From positions 357-64,356 of the IMG/VR virus record IMGVR_UViG_3300045257_000193: DNA of 64,000 bases. The stretch is one strand, 5' to 3'. This document shows positions 49,091-58,866 of the stretch, piece after piece (the stretch's first letter is position 1; each line of letters starts with the position of its first letter). Source of the stretch: a virus. Its lineage: Duplodnaviria; Caudoviricetes. The notes beneath the pieces are model-generated. The model was given only the letters and a program-made list of their open reading frames with translations. It was not told the DNA's origin and made no database searches. Made by a program: the position numbers and the translations under genes.

Positions 49091-49595
49091 TATTCAAAAA
49101 TTGGTTTAGTATTTCTTTTATATCGTTTGAAATTGGGTCAATAATTGCTCCTAGTCTATTAGGTCTTTGTTTTAAAATCTCGCAATACTCGTTAATTTCG
49201 CTGAACAATAACTCATAATTATGCTGAATATCATCCTTCTCTTTTCTGGCTTGCTCTAATGCTTCAATTTTAGCATTAAATAATATAATTCGATCTTCAT
49301 ACTTTTCTTCGGCTTGCTCTACTGCTAGGGATGCGAAGGATTCCGCAAATCTTAACCATTCATCAGGAGTTATTGGAGCTTTATGATTTTCCATTTCATA
49401 AAAATAAAATCTTTCCGCACTCAGCAGGCTCTTTACCTCTTCATGTTCGACTTTTGGAGCTTTTAAAGCATCATCGAAAATATTATAAGCCCAATGCTCG
49501 ATAGAAGTTTTATCGTTTTCTCCAAAGTATTGTTTTAATAGCTTTAATTGCCAAATTGGAATATTGACCGATATCTGTTGTTCTGTGTTTCCCAT
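49080..49595 (-). CDS. Hypothetical protein
   Basis: 171 aa in the early array. Confidence 0.55.
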   Translation of the reverse strand: MGNTEQQISVNIPIWQLKLLKQYFGENDKTSIEHWAYNIFDDALKAPKVEHEEVKSLLSAERFYFYEMENHKAPITPDEWLRFAESFASLAVEQAEEKYEDRIILFNAKIEALEQARKEKDDIQHNYELLFSEINEYCEILKQRPNRLGAIIDPISNDIKEILNQFLNNGK

Positions 49596-49860
49596 ATTAT
49601 AGTTTGGTTATGAATTGATTGGTTTTAAATAGCCACATTGCGTACATTTTAACCAACCATCTCCTGTTGAATAAAAAGTATGTTGGCAATTATACTCGAT
49701 TATGTACCGTTGTTTTTGTTTCACCTAACTCATGGCTTCATTTTTTCATAGCATGTTAAACATACATGAAATTTTTTTACTATAAGCCCGACTGGAGGGC
49801 TTAATAATATAGCTCCAAATTCTTTTAATTCTTTTTTACAATAATCACAAATTGGATTTA

Positions 49861-50466
49861 TCATTTCTGTATGTCGTTTATGTTGATAGAATTTGCAACC
49901 TGATTGCCGAATGCATCCCAACCGTCACGATTATTTCTCGCAAACAATTCCAATCTTCTGTCGTAACTAACATGCTCCACCAATTCATAAAACCATTCAG
50001 GTTTAACAGAGTGCGGAAGCCTTTCAGATAAAAATAATGTTGGAAATGCCTCCTTCGTTTTTAATCTTAAATTCCCTTTTGTGGCGAATATGAAATGTTC
50101 CGTTGCACCTCTAAAATAATATCCTGTTTTCATAGATGGCGTACCGTTAGACTTAACTTTGCCCCAAGTAACAACCGTTTTAGGATCAAACCCCCAATCT
50201 TTACATAATTGCCATCCACGTTCAATAAATGCGTTTGTGACCCATAAGTATAAATGTGCTTTGTCTTCACTCATTCTCCTAATTGGCATGTCAGACAACT
50301 CTTTGATGCTCATAGAGCCGTATCGTTCGTGGCTTGAAGGAGAAGCACCATAGCTATTCGGCCTATGCTGTTTACTTGATGCTGGGCCACTTCCCGAATA
50401 TCTCCAAGGCGGATCGGCTACAATAGTTTTATATCGGGTTATCCCCTCTATAGGGTTAGATTCCAT
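49861..50466 (-). CDS. MT-A70 family N6-adenine methyltransferase
   Basis: IVADPPW, HLYLWVTN, TWGK, GYYFRGATEH, HSVKP, LELFAR, GWDAFGNQ. Confidence 0.92.
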   Translation of the reverse strand: MESNPIEGITRYKTIVADPPWRYSGSGPASSKQHRPNSYGASPSSHERYGSMSIKELSDMPIRRMSEDKAHLYLWVTNAFIERGWQLCKDWGFDPKTVVTWGKVKSNGTPSMKTGYYFRGATEHFIFATKGNLRLKTKEAFPTLFLSERLPHSVKPEWFYELVEHVSYDRRLELFARNNRDGWDAFGNQVANSININDIQK

Positions 50467-50707
50467 AATTAACTATTTTTAAACATTTTTTACAACAATC
50501 TAGTCTTTGTTCTTCTGAATAAAGAGATTCGATATTAACAAACTTTTCATTCTCATCAACTATTCCACCTTTTAACTTGCATGCCGAACGATTACCTTCA
50601 TAAGCATCCTCCCAAGGCTTGCCACGCATGGCAGGAATATAGAAGTGCTGCTTTAAAAGTCTTTCGCCATCGAAACTATCAGCTGTATGCCATTTTCCTT
50701 TTACCAT
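50456..50707 (-). CDS. Small Cys/His protein
   Basis: QHF..SAC..CCKKC putative metal site. Confidence 0.55.
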   Translation of the reverse strand: MVKGKWHTADSFDGERLLKQHFYIPAMRGKPWEDAYEGNRSACKLKGGIVDENEKFVNIESLYSEEQRLDCCKKCLKIVNYGI

Positions 50708-50733
50708 TGCTTTGTTTGTTGTGTGGTGGTTAC

Positions 50734-51036
50734 TTATACGTTTGTGGTTTGTTGGTTGTGCCAGCGAATGAAATCACGAACTACCATAAATGTTTTATCA
50801 ATACTAGCACCCTGAGTTATAGGGCTAGTTAGGTATGATACTTTTTGATTTGGATTAAACCAAAGGCGAGTTCTTATAGTAGATACTGAAACTTCTCTAA
50901 CTGATTCCATTTTACCTATCTTCCCCACTACTGGCATTAAATCATTCCAAGTAATAGGATTAGGCATTATTGAACCTGTAAAATTTGTAAGCAAAGCCCA
51001 ATCTTCGGAGCTAAGTTGTACCTCTTGTTGTTCCAT
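50734..51036 (-). CDS. Hypothetical protein
   Basis: WNDLMPVVGKI motif common in Bacteroidota phage proteins. Confidence 0.6.
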   Translation of the reverse strand: MEQQEVQLSSEDWALLTNFTGSIMPNPITWNDLMPVVGKIGKMESVREVSVSTIRTRLWFNPNQKVSYLTSPITQGASIDKTFMVVRDFIRWHNQQTTNV

Positions 51037-51039
51037 AAT

Positions 51040-51372
51040 TTAAGATTTTAATTTTATCCAGCCTCTTTGTACTTGCTCTTCTACTGATATACCCATCCAA
51101 GGCACTGAATAACCTTTTGATCGTAAATAATCAATTGCTTGGGGTATGTCGCTTTCTTTAAATGAAAGATTACTGGTAATATCTCTATCTTCATCCGTTA
51201 TCATTGATAATGGAGTGAGAAGTAAATAGAATTTATACTTATCATCATCACCAATTACCTCAGGATATAATTTACAGGATTTGATAGAGCTAGCCCATAA
51301 TGATGATCTTAGTATATGTTGACCATAATACTGTGCGAAGAATCTAGCCTTCTCTTGTTGTTCTGCTGTCAT
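51040..51372 (-). CDS. Hypothetical protein
   Basis: LLLTPLSMITDED..DYLRSKGY motif. Confidence 0.6.
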   Translation of the reverse strand: MTAEQQEKARFFAQYYGQHILRSSLWASSIKSCKLYPEVIGDDDKYKFYLLLTPLSMITDEDRDITSNLSFKESDIPQAIDYLRSKGYSVPWMGISVEEQVQRGWIKLKS

Positions 51373-51674
51373 GATTGAGAAACGTTAACAGGTGGATCAA
51401 TTAAACTGGCTGTATTTCTTTTTCGGTCAATACAACCGTTTTCATCACAATAGTTCATGCCACAATTTCCCGTACATGGCAATAAGCTTTTATAACGCGT
51501 AACCAACTCTGAAAAAATAATATCAAAATCAGTTAATCGTGGCGGTATATGCATTACAAAATTTTTGCCACCTGTTTTGCATGCGTTGCTAATAAATTCT
51601 TTACATTCTTTTATTAGTTCTTCAGCAGGCATATTTTCTAAATTCTGTTGAAATTCTTCGTGTGTCATAATCAT
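51369..51674 (-). CDS. Hypothetical protein with Cys cluster
   Basis: CTGNCGMNYCDENGC. Confidence 0.55.
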   Translation of the reverse strand: MIMTHEEFQQNLENMPAEELIKECKEFISNACKTGGKNFVMHIPPRLTDFDIIFSELVTRYKSLLPCTGNCGMNYCDENGCIDRKRNTASLIDPPVNVSQS

Positions 51675-51862
51675 TTACCTTTCGGCTTTTTAATGTAGGT
51701 TTTAAGTTTCTTATCTATTTTAGAATCACAGGCTTTTGAATACCATTCCCTGTAATCTTCCTCCTTTGACTTTGGAACTCTTCGGCCGAATACCGTTACT
51801 GTTTCCTCTCCGTACTTAAATGGCTTCGCTCCGCCTGCTCCTTTAATTGTGTGTTTGCCCAT
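51671..51862 (-). CDS. Small basic DNA-binding protein (RHH-like)
   Basis: KGAGGAKP..ETVTVFGRRVPKS pattern. Confidence 0.5.
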   Translation of the reverse strand: MGKHTIKGAGGAKPFKYGEETVTVFGRRVPKSKEEDYREWYSKACDSKIDKKLKTYIKKPKGK

Positions 51863-52062
51863 TATGAATTTAGTATTAGCATGCTGACAGTATCGGAAAT
51901 GGTATAACCTTGCTTATATAGTTTTCTGCACAATTTTACGTGTTTTGTGTTGAACTTTATTAAAACATATTGCTTTAATCTTTTACCGACCTCTTTTTCA
52001 AAATCATTAAGAGATATTTTATTATCACTATTTTCAGATAATTGTCCGTAAGTATTTGCCAT
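51862..52062 (-). CDS. Hypothetical protein
   Basis: Coupled ORF. Confidence 0.5.
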   Translation of the reverse strand: MANTYGQLSENSDNKISLNDFEKEVGKRLKQYVLIKFNTKHVKLCRKLYKQGYTISDTVSMLILNS

Positions 52063-52433
52063 TATGCTACAACCGTTTTAGATCCGAATTGGTATGATTC
52101 AACAACATCGGTAGTTCTTTGTCCAAACTTTTTCATAAATTCTAAAACGCTCATTCCCTTTTTAACTGCAAAAATTCTAACCTTATCTTGATTCATTTCA
52201 TTAGTAGCACCTTTAACCATTTCTTCAATTTTTTGATCAAAAGTGATTTTTTTGAAAGATTCTTTAAATTCTAAATCTGTTTGTCCTGACGCTTTTGCAC
52301 CACAAGACGACCCGTAATAGAACTCATTGTTTGAATCATCAGCCATTACAAATGTTCCTTTTAAGCCTGTTTTGCCACAGTAATCACATTCGTTAACTGA
52401 GTCTGTAAATCCGATTATTCTAAGTGCTTTCAT
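52062..52433 (-). CDS. Zn-finger protein
   Basis: CDYCGKTGLK..YYGSSC; ATG 52433 downstream of the TATATTTG promoter at 52464-52471. Confidence 0.65.
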   Translation of the reverse strand: MKALRIIGFTDSVNECDYCGKTGLKGTFVMADDSNNEFYYGSSCGAKASGQTDLEFKESFKKITFDQKIEEMVKGATNEMNQDKVRIFAVKKGMSVLEFMKKFGQRTTDVVESYQFGSKTVVA

Positions 52434-52569
52434 ATCTGTAAGTGTTTTACGTTCGAACTGATACAAATATACAACTTTAATTAATCAATGCAACACATTC
52501 ATTAATTATTTTACAAAATATTTATCGGTTCTCATTCCCCTGAATAAGTATCTTTCGTTGTTCATAAAA

Positions 52570-52872
52570 TTAAAACTTTGATTTTGCTAAAACTTCTTTG
52601 ATATATTTATCAGCACGTAATAATTCTCTATCCATTGCGGTTTCTGTTTCCTTATTTCTACTTTCAAGAACATTCATGGCTAACCTTAGAGCATTCTCTA
52701 TCGTTACGGCTTGATATTTATTAATTATAAGTTCTTCTATTACTCTTTCTGGCAATTCGGCCAATAGTTTAGATGTTATATTTTGTTTTGATTCAGACTC
52801 GGAACCCATCATTATTTTATCGAAATCGGATATTAACGTTCCACAAACGCCAATCCTTTTACCTTTAGGCAT
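52570..52872 (-). CDS. Hypothetical protein
   Basis: ORF in the early array. Confidence 0.55.
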   Translation of the reverse strand: MPKGKRIGVCGTLISDFDKIMMGSESESKQNITSKLLAELPERVIEELIINKYQAVTIENALRLAMNVLESRNKETETAMDRELLRADKYIKEVLAKSKF

Positions 52873-53110
52873 TGTCTTTCTGTTTAGGTGGTGAGGATAA
52901 ATTTCTGTAATACTTTATAAATATGTATTCAGGTATTTTGTTACCTAAGTAATCGTAAAAACAGCCGTCAGTATCTAGGCTTACAGTTGTTGACTTAAAT
53001 TCAAATAGGTGAGGATAGCATACTAGTACGTCTTTGTCTAATTCTGGTAAGCCAAAGTACTTAATACTTTTCCACCCTGTTGTAATAAATATCCAGTATG
53101 CTTTTATCAT
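52865..53110 (-). CDS. Hypothetical protein (DUF551-like)
   Basis: WKSIK..LPELDKDVLV pattern. Confidence 0.5.
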   Translation of the reverse strand: MIKAYWIFITTGWKSIKYFGLPELDKDVLVCYPHLFEFKSTTVSLDTDGCFYDYLGNKIPEYIFIKYYRNLSSPPKQKDNA

Positions 53111-53198
53111 TTTATTTAGCTGTTTAAATGGTTGCGAAGCTCTTCAAAATAAAACACTACATCGTTTCCCTTGTTTCTTTATAAGTTTTGCCATACTC

Positions 53199-53381
53199 TT
53201 ACTTTTTTATCTCTGTTATCTCGATGGGTACGCAGCGGTAGCCAGCCTTATACATTTCTTTCCAGCTCTTATAGTGAGGTACATAATCCTTAACAGCCTT
53301 ATCTTTGGTTTGACCTGCATAAAATGAGATATACCACGGCAGAATATTTCCTTGCGGATGTTTTATTGCGTATGCTTTCAT
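53199..53381 (-). CDS. Hypothetical protein
   Basis: WKEMYKAGYRCVPIEI motif. Confidence 0.55.
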   Translation of the reverse strand: MKAYAIKHPQGNILPWYISFYAGQTKDKAVKDYVPHYKSWKEMYKAGYRCVPIEITEIKK

Positions 53382-53602
53382 AAGAATGGTGTTTTATGTG
53401 AAATGTATTCTTGAAATCCACAAGGCCGATAGCCTATGTAATTGGTTTCATTTTCTCTCCTTCCCTCGAGGTTTGAAAATCTGGCATGTGTTAATATCTT
53501 TGAATTGATACCTACCATAACCCCATCTGAATAACGAGCAAGTATATATCTATGGCTTTTAAGTGCCGTAATCAAATGTTTTACTTGAAGATGTGCTTTC
53601 AT
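53378..53602 (-). CDS. Hypothetical protein
   Basis: Coupled ORF. Confidence 0.5.
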   Translation of the reverse strand: MKAHLQVKHLITALKSHRYILARYSDGVMVGINSKILTHARFSNLEGRRENETNYIGYRPCGFQEYISHKTPFL

Positions 53603-53617
53603 AGGTTTTATGTTTAC

Positions 53618-53944
53618 TTATATGGGGTGAACCGACTTTGTTATTGCTCCATTATGAACGACTTCCATGTTACATACATCTTCGATCGTTATTTTCAATT
53701 CATGCTCTATATGTTGCCATATCCTCCAGCATGATCCGCCACCTTCTGGAATATCACCGTTTTGATCGACTATATTAAATAGTATTTGCTTTTCCCTATT
53801 CAGCACAACAAGCAAGTATCGCATATCGGAAACTGCAATAATCTCAATGCCATAGTACATTTCCTTTGGCTTTCTTCCATCATTTAAGGCATCGATCAAA
53901 GCGTTTGACTTGTCTACTAATCGGCTGAATAAGTCTAGTTGCAT
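53618..53944 (-). CDS. Hypothetical protein with N-terminal QLDLF clamp-binding-like motif
   Basis: MQLDLF start. Confidence 0.55.
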   Translation of the reverse strand: MQLDLFSRLVDKSNALIDALNDGRKPKEMYYGIEIIAVSDMRYLLVVLNREKQILFNIVDQNGDIPEGGGSCWRIWQHIEHELKITIEDVCNMEVVHNGAITKSVHPI

Positions 53945-53945
53945 A

Positions 53946-54254
53946 TCAAAACGTGTAAGTGTGTTTATAATTTTTACGTGTAACTGTTAATGCAAAACGA
54001 CAACTCCACACTGTCATAACCTGACCACGTTTTAATTCCATTGCTCTGCCTCCATTAACACTGAAATACATTTTGTGAGGGTAATGATTATACAATTGTG
54101 TCATGCAGTGTACGGTGTCTTTCCGTGCGTATACGAAGGCATAATCAATATCATATCCGATCGGTGTGCGAGTTGTGTCTGACTGCGCTCTAGTAAAGTG
54201 AGCAAAGCCAAGCAAAAGAGCTAGGATTACAATAAGTATTTTAAGTATTTTCAT
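53946..54254 (-). CDS. Secreted protein
   Basis: Signal peptide ending FTRA|Q. Confidence 0.55.
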   Translation of the reverse strand: MKILKILIVILALLLGFAHFTRAQSDTTRTPIGYDIDYAFVYARKDTVHCMTQLYNHYPHKMYFSVNGGRAMELKRGQVMTVWSCRFALTVTRKNYKHTYTF

Positions 54255-54453
54255 TATGATTTATTTATTAATATGATATACAAATACGCCAAAAATGCTA
54301 AGCATTACCCCTTCAATTGCAACATAAAGTCTAGCCATATGGCTCCATGATACAGGATTTAGATCTAAATAATAAAACCCTGAAATCAAATAAGCTATGC
54401 CAATAATCAATATTGGAATAATTATGTAAAATAATTTTTTTTATTATCATAAC

Positions 54454-55428
54454 CTATTCCTCCAGATATTTAATATTAAATTCTTTTTCTACTAGTTCAA
54501 TAGCGTAATCCTCAAACGAACACACTTTATAGTGTCCAGTAAAATAAGGCTTGATTTCTTCTATTGTAAATTTTCTTTCAAGGGTTTTCTTTTCCACTTC
54601 CGATTTAAGTCGTTGATTAGCTTCTTTGGGTGAAAGGTATGCTTTGGAAAAATTTGGACTGCTAAAATTCCATCCTTCTATCGTTACTCTTTCTCCAACT
54701 GGTCTAATTTCAAGTTTCATAATGTCGATATCCCAAGCAGGAGTATCATGAAATATTTCCGTATTTTCATACACCCCTATACTCTTACGCTGTACGGGAG
54801 CGGGACAAACTTCGAATTTCATAGACCACGGCACAGGAGAATACCCATTATCAGTATTACCATCATCGTCTAATACAGTTTGAAAATCCCCTTTTTCATA
54901 TAAATCAGATCTCAATTGATAAGGTTTATTAAGCGTGTGTGATGACATGGAGAAATCTACACTTACAATCTTAATCCACTCTCCGACTCTTGCTATTAGC
55001 TTAGGGGTGGCGTTGTAACCTACTTTAGAAAAGAACTCTTCAACTGTGTGCAGCTCGGTAAAGCCTTCACAAATAAATTCTTCTAAATAAGGAATTGCTT
55101 CATTATTTACTTTGCCTGAATGAATATAATCTATATTCATATATGAACGTGTTTGCACTCCTTCCTGATTATTTACCCATTCGTTAATTTCATCTGCATT
55201 CTCTGGTGTTCTCTTAATACACCATCCTTTCGGTTCTGGCTGTACGTGGTCTACTGGATCAACTACGGTGCAATCGGATTTAGGAATAAAAACTCTTAAA
55301 TATGGCAATTTGAAATATTCGCCTTTGTCCTTAACCATAAATTCGCATCCTTGTTGATTGACGTACCAAACACGCTCGTCTTTATGAGATAGATTTGTAT
55401 TTACTTTTACTTTTACCAAGCCTTCCAT
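54454..55428 (-). CDS. Multidomain hypothetical protein
   Basis: 324 aa, mosaic of small domains. Confidence 0.6.
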   Translation of the reverse strand: MEGLVKVKVNTNLSHKDERVWYVNQQGCEFMVKDKGEYFKLPYLRVFIPKSDCTVVDPVDHVQPEPKGWCIKRTPENADEINEWVNNQEGVQTRSYMNIDYIHSGKVNNEAIPYLEEFICEGFTELHTVEEFFSKVGYNATPKLIARVGEWIKIVSVDFSMSSHTLNKPYQLRSDLYEKGDFQTVLDDDGNTDNGYSPVPWSMKFEVCPAPVQRKSIGVYENTEIFHDTPAWDIDIMKLEIRPVGERVTIEGWNFSSPNFSKAYLSPKEANQRLKSEVEKKTLERKFTIEEIKPYFTGHYKVCSFEDYAIELVEKEFNIKYLEE

Positions 55429-55695
55429 TTCCTTTACTGTTTACTGTTATTACTTTTATATCTATCTGTTTTCATGAGGAGAAGAACAGAAGTCAAACTC
55501 CATAGCACTATATTTTACATTTGGCTTATTATAAAATCCAACACATAGATAATTATATCTGCCATATCTTTCCCATTGACCTTTCAGGTTGATTTTAAAA
55601 TGAATATTTGTGATTTCTGGTAGCATATATTTCACTTCTGTTTAAATTTTCTATACTGTTTTTCCTGTATTCTTTTTAGCTCAACCATTAAGCGG

Positions 55696-56538
55696 TTAAA
55701 CCATATGGGGTTGGGTTCGAGGAGGTTCATAATAAGGGATAAGTAATTTAATCGTTTCTCCACCGTATGAATTCTGAGTTTTTTCAATGAATTCTTGTGG
55801 TGTATACTTTTTGCTTTCAATTCCTTTAATGAAGGAATCTCTACCCATTTGACAAGATCCAGTTAACTTATTGTGAGCTTTTGAAAATTCTTCAATCGAA
55901 TACAATTCATCTTTTTTAAATTGATCGACGAACATTTTAATTCGGTCTTCAATTGGTAGATTATCCTCAAACTTTTCATTAGCTTCCTTGAAAGCTTCTT
56001 CTACAGTATCGGCATGAGCAAAGTAATTGCCAACTTTTGCAACAAAACATGGTGTTGTAGTTAAATCAGAATTAAGTATCCGACCTTTAACTAAGTTATT
56101 TCTGATTAACTTATCAATTATTGTGTTTACGCCATCAATTTTATATACCTTGCCTTCATTAATAGTTAATATGCCACTGCCACTGCCACTGCCATTGCCA
56201 TCGCCATCGCCATTGCCATCGCCATTGCCATAGCCATCGCCATAGCCATTGCCATCGCCACTGCCATAGCCATAGCCATTGCCATAGCCACTGCCCTTGC
56301 CACTGCCATAGCCATCGCCATAGCCATCGCCATAGCCATTGCCATCGCCACTGCCATAGCCATAGCCATCGCCATCGCCATAGCCATAGCCATAGCCACT
56401 GCCCTTGCCACTGCCATAGCCACTGCCGTCGCCACTGCCATAGCCATCGCCATAGCCCTTGCCATAGCCATCGCCATAGCCATTGCCGCCGCCGTCGCCG
56501 TTGTTATTTATGGATAGGAATATTTCTAAGCCTTCCAT
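55696..56538 (-). CDS. Gly-X repeat protein
   Basis: About 110 residues of (G-Y/D/N/S/K)n, then IDGVNTII..FAHADT..HNKLTGSCQMGR domain; ATG 56538. Confidence 0.75.
   Translation of the reverse strand: MEGLEIFLSINNNGDGGGNGYGDGYGKGYGDGYGSGDGSGYGSGKGSGYGYGYGDGDGYGYGSGDGNGYGDGYGDGYGSGKGSGYGNGYGYGSGDGNGYGDGYGNGDGNGDGDGNGSGSGSGILTINEGKVYKIDGVNTIIDKLIRNNLVKGRILNSDLTTTPCFVAKVGNYFAHADTVEEAFKEANEKFEDNLPIEDRIKMFVDQFKKDELYSIEEFSKAHNKLTGSCQMGRDSFIKGIESKKYTPQEFIEKTQNSYGGETIKLLIPYYEPPRTQPHMV
56173..56499 (-). repeat. Hexamer-period coding repeat (GGC-NNN)n
   Basis: Units GGCTAT/GGCGAT/GGCAAT/GGCAGT/GGCAAG. Confidence 0.9.
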
Positions 56539-56819
56539 ACTTTTTGAGCATTTAAATTTTTGATAGCAAATTCTGTACAAGGTATAATCTGCTCAAATTT
56601 TTCAATCAAAATAGTTTCTACCTGAACAGTAACTCTTGATGTCTCAAGTATTCCAGTTTGTGAAATATCTTCAACTGTATTAGCTCCATTCCAGCGATAA
56701 ATTTTCCGGGCATTTTTAATTAATACCTGCGATCCTTCAATTTCTGCAACTTCACCGAAAAATACGCCAGCCATATTAGAGCGTACTACACAAATTTTAC
56801 CTTTTAATAAATCTTTCAT
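56526..56819 (-). CDS. Small Sm-like beta-barrel protein (DUF6948-like)
   Basis: VVRSNMAGVFFGEV..IKNARKIYRWNGA..IIPCT; habitual partner of Gly-X repeat genes; TATCTTTG promoter at 56883-56890 (-). Confidence 0.65.
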   Translation of the reverse strand: MKDLLKGKICVVRSNMAGVFFGEVAEIEGSQVLIKNARKIYRWNGANTVEDISQTGILETSRVTVQVETILIEKFEQIIPCTEFAIKNLNAQKVWKA

Positions 56820-56923
56820 AATTGGTTTGTTTAATTTTACTTTTGTTTATCGGGATTAACTTCCCATTGTTTTAACTTACTTCAAAGATATTAAATACAA
56901 ATTATATATGCAAATTAATTAAA

Positions 56924-57166
56924 TTATTTTATTATTATTTGTTCTATTAAGTGCCGTTTAAGTTTCGATATTTCTTCTATGTTTTTAGTATATGGTAAAA
57001 ACTTTTGGTGTGAAGGTCGATTAAAATTTTCTGTCTCAAACCATATAAGTTCATCAATTGCATCTTCTGGGTCATCATAAACAAATGGAACAACGTCGCA
57101 TTCTTGATATACAATCCCATAAAGGCTATTTCTTTTGCAAAGATTAAATTCCGTTATATTTTCCAT
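56924..57166 (-). CDS. Hypothetical protein
   Basis: 80 aa ORF. Confidence 0.5.
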   Translation of the reverse strand: MENITEFNLCKRNSLYGIVYQECDVVPFVYDDPEDAIDELIWFETENFNRPSHQKFLPYTKNIEEISKLKRHLIEQIIIK

Positions 57167-57173
57167 ATTTTAT

Positions 57174-58004
57174 TTATTCCCCAATTAATAATGCTTTTAA
57201 TAATAAATAATCTTCTGTTAAATCTTCGCACTTTATTAATTCGTCGGTGGCGCGCCCGTAATTCAAATTAGCCGTGCTGATAATCCAGTTTTCTTTGTGT
57301 TTGAATCCTGTTAGCTGGCTAATCATATTTGCATAGATTGAAAGCTGCAGGGAGTAGTGCATAAAGTTACAATCTTGAAGCATTCCAAACGGTGGCAACA
57401 TTCTCTTATTCATAAATGCTGATCGTTCTATCTTTTTGTTGGTTTTATAATCTAGTACCATAAATGTACCGTTGTCAAATACTGGTAAATCTGCCAAGCC
57501 TCCAAGTTTCATGCTGTGATCCCATATTAGCATTTCAGTTAAGCAATATCTGCCCGTACTTGGAATACTTAAAACGTCTGTGTTAATGTATTCGTAGAAC
57601 AGTCCTTGAAATTCTATCCCGCCGTTGGAAATAATTTCCTGCTCCCTTTTACTATGCTCTAAAGTTCCAAGCTCTGCTTCATGTTTCCATTTAGCTAGGT
57701 GAAAGTCCTTCCGTTCAATTAAGGCATCAGCCCATTCACGTTCCATTAGTTTGTCCCAGAAGGTGTGAATGTTTTCCCATCCGCCAGCATGCTTCTTTAG
57801 GGCTCTAAAATGATTCTCAGGAAGAATCTCTTTTATCGCTTTGTATTTGGCTGTCTGATCATCGTAGAAAGGGGCCTTATATTTTTTAATGATACCGGTT
57901 GAGGATTCATATTGCTCGCCCGTAGCATTAAAGTAGGAGTGATTCTCCTCGTTAAAAACTATCCCGTCCTTGTGCCGGAGATCAAAGGATCTGTTCTGGA
58001 TCAT
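57174..58004 (-). CDS. PD-(D/E)XK Cas4-like exonuclease
   Basis: FNEENHSY, GTLEH, E..GLADL..VLDYKTNK, HYSLQLSIY; ATG 58004. Confidence 0.85.
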   Translation of the reverse strand: MIQNRSFDLRHKDGIVFNEENHSYFNATGEQYESSTGIIKKYKAPFYDDQTAKYKAIKEILPENHFRALKKHAGGWENIHTFWDKLMEREWADALIERKDFHLAKWKHEAELGTLEHSKREQEIISNGGIEFQGLFYEYINTDVLSIPSTGRYCLTEMLIWDHSMKLGGLADLPVFDNGTFMVLDYKTNKKIERSAFMNKRMLPPFGMLQDCNFMHYSLQLSIYANMISQLTGFKHKENWIISTANLNYGRATDELIKCEDLTEDYLLLKALLIGE

Positions 58005-58160
58005 TATTCTTAAGACATTTATCAAAATCATCAAGAATATTACCCCATTCCAAAAGTAATTCGGTAGGGATTGGTTCACCTTTAATAGTAAGCTCATGAG
58101 CTTTTAACTCATATTTTCTTACCTGTTTATGAACGGCAGATTGTTTATCAGTCATTTTTA

Positions 58161-58460
58161 TTAAAGTTTAGCTCCAAGATTTCGTAATCTAATTTCAACT
58201 TCTCTGAATGATTGCTTCCCGAAGTTTTCTATAAATGTAAATGCTGCATCATTACCATGCTCATCTTTTATTTTATTAAACATATCAGTTAGTTCTTGGT
58301 GTGTAACTTGGGATGGAAGTTTACTTTTATCTTTTATATCTGGTTTTACTTTTTCTTTATAGGGAGATTTAACAATTACTATCAAACAGAATGCCATTAC
58401 TGCCATGAGCATTAATACTAATCCCAATAAGAAGCAAACTTGAATTACTATTATTTCCAT
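58161..58460 (-). CDS. Membrane-anchored hypothetical protein
   Basis: N-terminal TM helix. Confidence 0.55.
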   Translation of the reverse strand: MEIIVIQVCFLLGLVLMLMAVMAFCLIVIVKSPYKEKVKPDIKDKSKLPSQVTHQELTDMFNKIKDEHGNDAAFTFIENFGKQSFREVEIRLRNLGAKL

Positions 58461-58539
58461 AAGTTTTAAATTTTAAAATTAAAGTTTTTGTATTGTAAGA
58501 ATGTAAATCGTTGCCCGTAGTCTGTTATTCAGTATTCGG

Positions 58540-58866
58540 CTATTCGTGGGTATGTCCTTTACTATGGTATATTATTTTTGTACCTATAGCTTTTGCATCG
58601 CCAACTAACCATTTCCCATGAATTGTATTATCCATTAAAAATTTATCTCTAATTTCTATATACAACTCATTTTTTCTGCCCGTAGGTTGGACCTTATCTA
58701 TTGGGGTGAAATCCAGGTCAAAATCCGGATTCACGCGCTGGCAGATGTGTGAGCGTATAAATCTGCGTAAATGTAAACGGGTGCGAATGGCTATTTTATG
58801 CCAATTAAAATAAAAAGCAAGGAATAAACCAATAGTTACAATTTCGGTGAATAGTGGGTATTTCAT
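58540..58866 (-). CDS. Membrane-anchored hypothetical protein
   Basis: N-terminal TM helix. Confidence 0.55.
   Translation of the reverse strand: MKYPLFTEIVTIGLFLAFYFNWHKIAIRTRLHLRRFIRSHICQRVNPDFDLDFTPIDKVQPTGRKNELYIEIRDKFLMDNTIHGKWLVGDAKAIGTKIIYHSKGHTHE

Noticed and set aside
56166-56483. 105-aa poly-(Met-Ala) ORF, and the 56027-56233 + strand LPLPSP ORF
   Set aside because: Alternative-frame shadows of the Gly-X hexamer repeat
56173-56499. CRISPR-like or DGR-like repeat
   Set aside because: 6-bp period with no unique spacers; no cas or reverse transcriptase gene in the window
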